Below are positions 59,444 through 64,000 of a stretch of DNA of 64,000 bases, piece by piece. Made by a program: the position numbers and the translations under genes. Numbering within the stretch: the first letter of the stretch is position 1; the number at the start of each line of letters is the position of its first letter. Below the pieces are notes generated by a model, which worked only from the letters and a program-made list of their open reading frames with translations, was not told the DNA's origin and did no database searches. The stretch comes from Usitatibacter sp. (lineage in GTDB: Bacteria > Pseudomonadota > Gammaproteobacteria > Burkholderiales > Usitatibacteraceae): the NCBI GenBank assembly GCA_035624355.1, contig DASPRQ010000012.1, forward strand, positions 22,782-86,781. The letters run 5' to 3'.

Positions 59444-62400
59444 TCAGCCTACCCAGGCGCGGGCGTTGCGGAACATGCGCATCCACGGCGAATCCTCGCC
59501 CCACTCGCGCGGGTGCCACGACAGCAGCACCGAGCGGAACACGCGCTCCGGATGCGGCATGAGGATCGTGAAGCGCCCGTCGGGCGTGGTGAGCGCGGTG
59601 ATGCCGTCGGGCGAGCCGTTGGGGTTGTACGGATACGCCTCGGTCGCCCTGCCGCGGTTGTCCACGTAGCGCATCGCGACGAGGTACCGGCACGCCTCCA
59701 TCGCGTGCGGGTCGCGGAAGATCGCGCGCCCCTCGCCGTGGGCCGTCGCGATCGGGATGCGGCTTCCCTCCATGCCGGCGAGCAGGATCGAGGGCGAAGG
59801 CTGCACGGCGACGAGCGCGAGCCGCGCCTCGTACTGCTCGGAGAGGTTGCGCTCGAAGTGCGGCCAGCTCCCGGCCCCGGGGATGATGTCCTTCAGGTTC
59901 GACATCATCTGGCAGCCGTTGCAGGCGCCCAGCGCGAACGAGTCGGGACGGTCGAAGAAGGTCTCGAACTCCTCGCGCGCGCGCGCGTTGAAGAGGATCG
60001 ACTTCGCCCATCCCTCGCCCGCCCCGAGCACGTCGCCGTAGCTGAAGCCGCCGCAGGCGGCGAAGCCCTTGAAGTCCGCGAGCGTGGCGCGCCCCGCGAT
60101 GAGGTCGCTCATGTGCACGTCGACCGCCATGAAGCCGGCGCGGTCGAACGCGGCCGCCATCTCCGACTGGCCGTTCACGCCCTGCTCGCGCAGGATCGCC
60201 ACCATCGGGCGCGTGCCGCGCGCGACGTACGGGGCGGCGATATCCTCGGCCGGATCGAAGGAGAGGTGCGCGTTCAGGCCCGGATCGCCCTCGTCGAGGA
60301 GGCGGTCGTGCTCCTCGCCCGCGCACAGCGGGTTGTCGCGCAGGCGCTGGATGCGGTGCGTGACCGAGGACCACGCGCGGTGCAGCTCCGAGCGCCGGCG
60401 CCGAAGCACGGGCTTCGCGTTCACGACCACGCGGATCTCGCCCTCGTCGTTCGGGTGCCCGATCGCGTGCGCGAGCTCCGAGAGGCCCGCCTCGCGCAGC
60501 TCGCCCATCACGGCGTCGCGATCAACGCGGCGCACCTGAAGCACGGCGCCGAGCTCCTCGTTGAAGAGGACCGCGAGGATGCGCTCGTGGAGGTCGCCCG
60601 CCAGCGCGCCGGGCTTCCGCTCGTGCCCCTCGACGTCGAGCCGGCGCGGATCGTGGCAAAGCGCGTCGAGATTGAGCGTGACGCCCGCGCGCCCCGCGAA
60701 CGCCATCTCGCAGACGGTGGCGAAGAGGCCCCCGTCGGAGCGGTCGTGGTAGGCGAGCAGCCGGTCCGCGGCCTCGAGCCGGCGGATGGCGCCGAAGAAG
60801 GCGCGCAGCCGCGCCGGGTCGTCGCAGTCCGGCGCCTCCCCTCCCACCTGCGAATGCACCTGCGCGAGCGCCGAGCCGCCGAGGCGGTTGCGGCCCGCCC
60901 CGAGGTCCACGAGCACGAGCTCGGTCTCGCCCGCGTCGGTGCGCAGCTGCGGGGTGAGCGTGCGGCGCGCGTCGGTCACCGGGGCGAAGGCCGAGACGAC
61001 GAGCGAGAGCGGCGCCGTCACCGCCTTGTCCTCGCCCGTGCGCGCGTCGCGCCACGTCGTGCGCATCGACATCGAGTCCTTGCCGACGGGGATCGAGAGG
61101 CCGAGCGCGGGGCAGAACTCGAGCCCCACCGCCCGCACGGTGTCGAAGAGCGCGGCGTCCTCTCCCGGATGGCCCGCCGCGCACATCCAGTTCGCCGAGA
61201 GCTTCACGTCGCCGAGGTGCTCGACCGCGGCGGCCGCGATGTTGGTGATCGCCTCGCCGACCGCCATGCGGCCCGACGCGGGGCCGTCGATGAGCGCGAG
61301 CGGCGTGCGCTCGCCGATCGCCATCGCCTCGCCGCGGAAGGTGCGGTAGCCCAGGGTCGTCACGGCGCAGTCGGCCACCGGCACCTGCCAGGGCCCCACC
61401 ATCTGGTCGCGCGCCGTGAGGCCGCCCACGGTGCGGTCGCCGATCGTGACGAGGAAGGTCTTGTCGCCCACCGCGGGCAGGCGCAGCACGCGCTCGGCGG
61501 CTTCCTCCAGGCTCATCGCCGCGAGATCGAGCGGCGGGAGCTTCCGGCGCAGGCGCTTCGCGTCGCGGTGCATGCGCGGCGGCTTGCCGAGGAGCACCTC
61601 GAGCGGCATGTCGACGGGATAGTTGTGGAACAGCGGATCCTCGACGACGAGCACTCCGCCGCCGCGCGCCTCCCCGAGCACCGCGAACGGGCAGCGCTCG
61701 CGCTCGCACAGGCGCCGGAAATCGGCGAGGCGCGCGCGCTCGATCGCGAGCACGTAGCGCTCCTGCGCCTCGTTCGACCAGATCTGCATCGGCGTCATGC
61801 CCGGCTCCTCGCTGGGCACCTTGCGCAGGTCGAGGATCGCCCCGACGCCGCCGGAGTGCGCGAGCTCGGGCATCGCATTCGAAAGCCCTCCCGCGCCCAC
61901 GTCGTGGATCGAGAGGATCGGATTGCGCTCGCCCATCTGCCAGCAGGCGTCGATCACCTCCTGGCAGCGGCGCTGCATCTCGGCGTTCGCCCGCTGCACC
62001 GAGTCGAAGTCGAGCGACTCGACGTTGGATCCCGAGGCCATGGAGGAGGCCGCGCCCCCGCCGAGCCCGATGAGGAAGCCGGGGCCGCCGAGCTGGATGA
62101 AGAGCGCGCCCGGCGCGAGCGGCTTCTTCTGCGTGTGCTCCGAGGCGATGTTGCCGATGCCGCCCGCGAGCATGATGGGCTTGTGGTAGCCGCGCACCTC
62201 GCCGTCGACCGCCTGCTCGTAGCTGCGGAAATATCCGGCGAGGTTGGGCCGGCCGAACTCGTTGTTGAACGCCGCGCCGCCGAGCGGGCCGTCGATCATG
62301 ATCGCGAGCGCCGAGGCGATGCGCCCCGGCCGCCCGTAGCGCGCCTCCCAGGGCTCGATCGCTCCCGGAATCTCCAGGTTCGACACCGAGAAGCCCGTGA

Positions 62401-63424
62401 GCCCCGCCTTGGGCTTGGCACCCCGGCCCGTGGCGCCCTCGTCGCGGATCTCGCCGCCGGCGCCCGTCGCCGCGCCCGGATGGGGCGCGATCGCCGTCGG
62501 GTGGTTGTGCGTCTCGACCTTCATGAGGATGTGGGTCGCGTCGAGGCGGTAGGACCACGCCCCCGAGCCGTCGGGAAAGAAGCGCTCGATCTCCGCGCCT
62601 TTCATCACGGCGGCGTTGTCCGAGTAGGCGACGATCGTCCCGCGCGGGCTCTGCCGGTGCGTGTTGCGGATCATCGCGAAGAGGGACTCGGTCTGTACCT
62701 CGCCGTCCACCGTCCACGACGCGTTGAAGATCTTGTGGCGGCAATGCTCCGAGTTCGCCTGGGCGAACATCATGAGCTCGACGTCCGTGGGATTGCGGCC
62801 GAGCTTCGCGAACGCCTCCAGGAGGTAGTCGATCTCGTCGGGCGCGAGCGCGAGGCCGAGCGCCGCATTCGCCCGCTCGAGCGCGCCGCGGCCCGCGCCC
62901 CGCACGTCGATCGTCTCGAGCGGGCGCGGCGTGGCGTGGTGGAAGAGCGCGCCCGCCTCCTCGTAGCTCGCCACGACGCATTCGGTCATGCGGTCGTGGA
63001 TCGCGGCCCCGAGCGCGGCGCGCGACCGCTCGCTGAGCGGCGCGCCGTCGCGGGTCGCGACGAAATGCGCGACACCCCGCTCGATGCGCTCGACCTTCGC
63101 GAGCCCGCAGTTGCGCGCGATGTCCGTGGCCTTCGAGGACCACGGCGATTCCGTGCCGAAGCGGGGAATCGCGAGGAGGAGCTCGCCCCGCGGCTCGCCG
63201 CGCGCGGGCGGGCCGTAGGTGAGCAGCCGCTCGAGGACCTTCGTCTCGTCGGCCGGGAGCGGCGCCGAGACGGCGGCGAAGTGGACGAAGCGCGCCTCCA
63301 GGCCGATGGCCTCGGCGAGGGCCCGGGGAAGGGAGGCGAGGAGCTTGTCGACGCGGAAGGGGGAAAGCGCGACCGCGCCCGGCAGCGTAAGCACCAGCTG
63401 CGGCGGCGCGCCTCGCGGATCCAT
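59444..63424 (-). CDS. purL: Phosphoribosylformylglycinamidine synthase (large fused form)
   Basis: [83 protein letters not shown] 63431-63436 (-) lies 6 nt before ATG 63424. Confidence 0.98.
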   Translation of the reverse strand: MDPRGAPPQLVLTLPGAVALSPFRVDKLLASLPRALAEAIGLEARFVHFAAVSAPLPADETKVLERLLTYGPPARGEPRGELLLAIPRFGTESPWSSKATDIARNCGLAKVERIERGVAHFVATRDGAPLSERSRAALGAAIHDRMTECVVASYEEAGALFHHATPRPLETIDVRGAGRGALERANAALGLALAPDEIDYLLEAFAKLGRNPTDVELMMFAQANSEHCRHKIFNASWTVDGEVQTESLFAMIRNTHRQSPRGTIVAYSDNAAVMKGAEIERFFPDGSGAWSYRLDATHILMKVETHNHPTAIAPHPGAATGAGGEIRDEGATGRGAKPKAGLTGFSVSNLEIPGAIEPWEARYGRPGRIASALAIMIDGPLGGAAFNNEFGRPNLAGYFRSYEQAVDGEVRGYHKPIMLAGGIGNIASEHTQKKPLAPGALFIQLGGPGFLIGLGGGAASSMASGSNVESLDFDSVQRANAEMQRRCQEVIDACWQMGERNPILSIHDVGAGGLSNAMPELAHSGGVGAILDLRKVPSEEPGMTPMQIWSNEAQERYVLAIERARLADFRRLCERERCPFAVLGEARGGGVLVVEDPLFHNYPVDMPLEVLLGKPPRMHRDAKRLRRKLPPLDLAAMSLEEAAERVLRLPAVGDKTFLVTIGDRTVGGLTARDQMVGPWQVPVADCAVTTLGYRTFRGEAMAIGERTPLALIDGPASGRMAVGEAITNIAAAAVEHLGDVKLSANWMCAAGHPGEDAALFDTVRAVGLEFCPALGLSIPVGKDSMSMRTTWRDARTGEDKAVTAPLSLVVSAFAPVTDARRTLTPQLRTDAGETELVLVDLGAGRNRLGGSALAQVHSQVGGEAPDCDDPARLRAFFGAIRRLEAADRLLAYHDRSDGGLFATVCEMAFAGRAGVTLNLDALCHDPRRLDVEGHERKPGALAGDLHERILAVLFNEELGAVLQVRRVDRDAVMGELREAGLSELAHAIGHPNDEGEIRVVVNAKPVLRRRRSELHRAWSSVTHRIQRLRDNPLCAGEEHDRLLDEGDPGLNAHLSFDPAEDIAAPYVARGTRPMVAILREQGVNGQSEMAAAFDRAGFMAVDVHMSDLIAGRATLADFKGFAACGGFSYGDVLGAGEGWAKSILFNARAREEFETFFDRPDSFALGACNGCQMMSNLKDIIPGAGSWPHFERNLSEQYEARLALVAVQPSPSILLAGMEGSRIPIATAHGEGRAIFRDPHAMEACRYLVAMRYVDNRGRATEAYPYNPNGSPDGITALTTPDGRFTILMPHPERVFRSVLLSWHPREWGEDSPWMRMFRNARAWVG

Positions 63425-63488
63425 GGCGCAATTATACCGCGCCGCTTCCGGCCGTATGATTCGGGTCCCTGCCCTCGGAACGCACGCC

Positions 63489-64000
63489 ATGCGCACGGTT
63501 CTTCCACGTCTCGCGAACGCGCGCCTTCTCGCGGGGCTCGCGCTCGTCGCCGCCTCGCTCCTCGCCGCGACCCGAGCCGCCGCGGGGCCCGTGTATCCCG
63601 ACCCGTCCCGCGCCCGCGCCGACATCGCCGGGGCGCTCGAGCGCGCTTCCGCCGAAGGCAAGCGCGTGATCGTCGACTTCGGAGGCGACTGGTGCGGCGA
63701 CTGCAGGGTCCTCGACGCCTATTTCCACCGGCCCGAGAACGCGGCGCTCCTCGCCGCGGACTTCGTGCTGGTCCGCGTGAACGTGGGCAGCCGCGGCATC
63801 GACCGCAACATCGGGCTCGCGCGCGGCTACGGCATCCCGCTCGCGCGGGGCGTGCCGGCGCTCGCCGTGCTCGAAGCCGACGGGCGCGTCGTCTACAGCC
63901 AGGCGCACGGGGAGTTCGAGTCGATGCGCCGCATGGATCCCGCCTCGGTGAACGGGTTCCTGCGCCGCTGGGCGAAGCCGCGCCCGCCGCACGGCGGCTA
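63489..64000 (+). CDS. Exported thioredoxin-family protein (stop codon truncated by the window end)
   Basis: Signal peptide, [21 protein letters not shown] cis-Pro loop; the frame ends on TA at 63999-64000. TATGAT at 63455-63460. Confidence 0.88.
   Translation, partial: MRTVLPRLANARLLAGLALVAASLLAATRAAAGPVYPDPSRARADIAGALERASAEGKRVIVDFGGDWCGDCRVLDAYFHRPENAALLAADFVLVRVNVGSRGIDRNIGLARGYGIPLARGVPALAVLEADGRVVYSQAHGEFESMRRMDPASVNGFLRRWAKPRPPHGG

Overview
A very GC-rich bacterial chromosome segment, almost entirely core genome. Gene order and protein sequences point to a Betaproteobacterium (inference). From left to right it holds: the end of an autotransporter; a minus-strand rpsB-tsf-pyrH-frr-uppS-cdsA-dxr-rseP-bamA-skp-lpxD-fabZ-lpxA-lpxB-rnhB-trmH-yhhQ cluster; map-glnD; a minus-strand smc-zipA-ligA-galU-hpt-mtaP-def cluster; queF; a three-gene glycosyltransferase/methyltransferase module; dapC-dapD-pilU-DUF962-dapE-prmB; a patch of small-molecule enzymes (three aldolase-fold proteins, VOC, pdxH, chaC); a GcvA-like LysR with a divergent unannotated small gene; yciV-yciO-S2P-trpS-hydrolase-scpA-scpB-rluB; yciB-yciI-bolA-ppiC; an ECF sigma/anti-sigma pair; purL; and a thioredoxin-like gene cut by the window end. 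I see no CRISPR array, tRNA, rRNA, IS or prophage, and no large novel multi-gene system that I can support. The most notable signals are: (1) a recurring -10 hexamer 6-9 nt before the start codon, i.e. leaderless architecture, at about ten genes; (2) an 8-bp palindrome that appears to supply the -10 box for two divergent leaderless genes whose start codons are 18 bp apart; (3) a coiled-coil-bearing glycan synthesis/capping module with no exporter; (4) a 57-aa membrane protein opposite the LysR; (5) an A9 run plus hairpin at the 3' end of tsf. Start codons were re-chosen by eye where the ORF track extends upstream. All product calls come from motif recognition and synteny, not from database searches.
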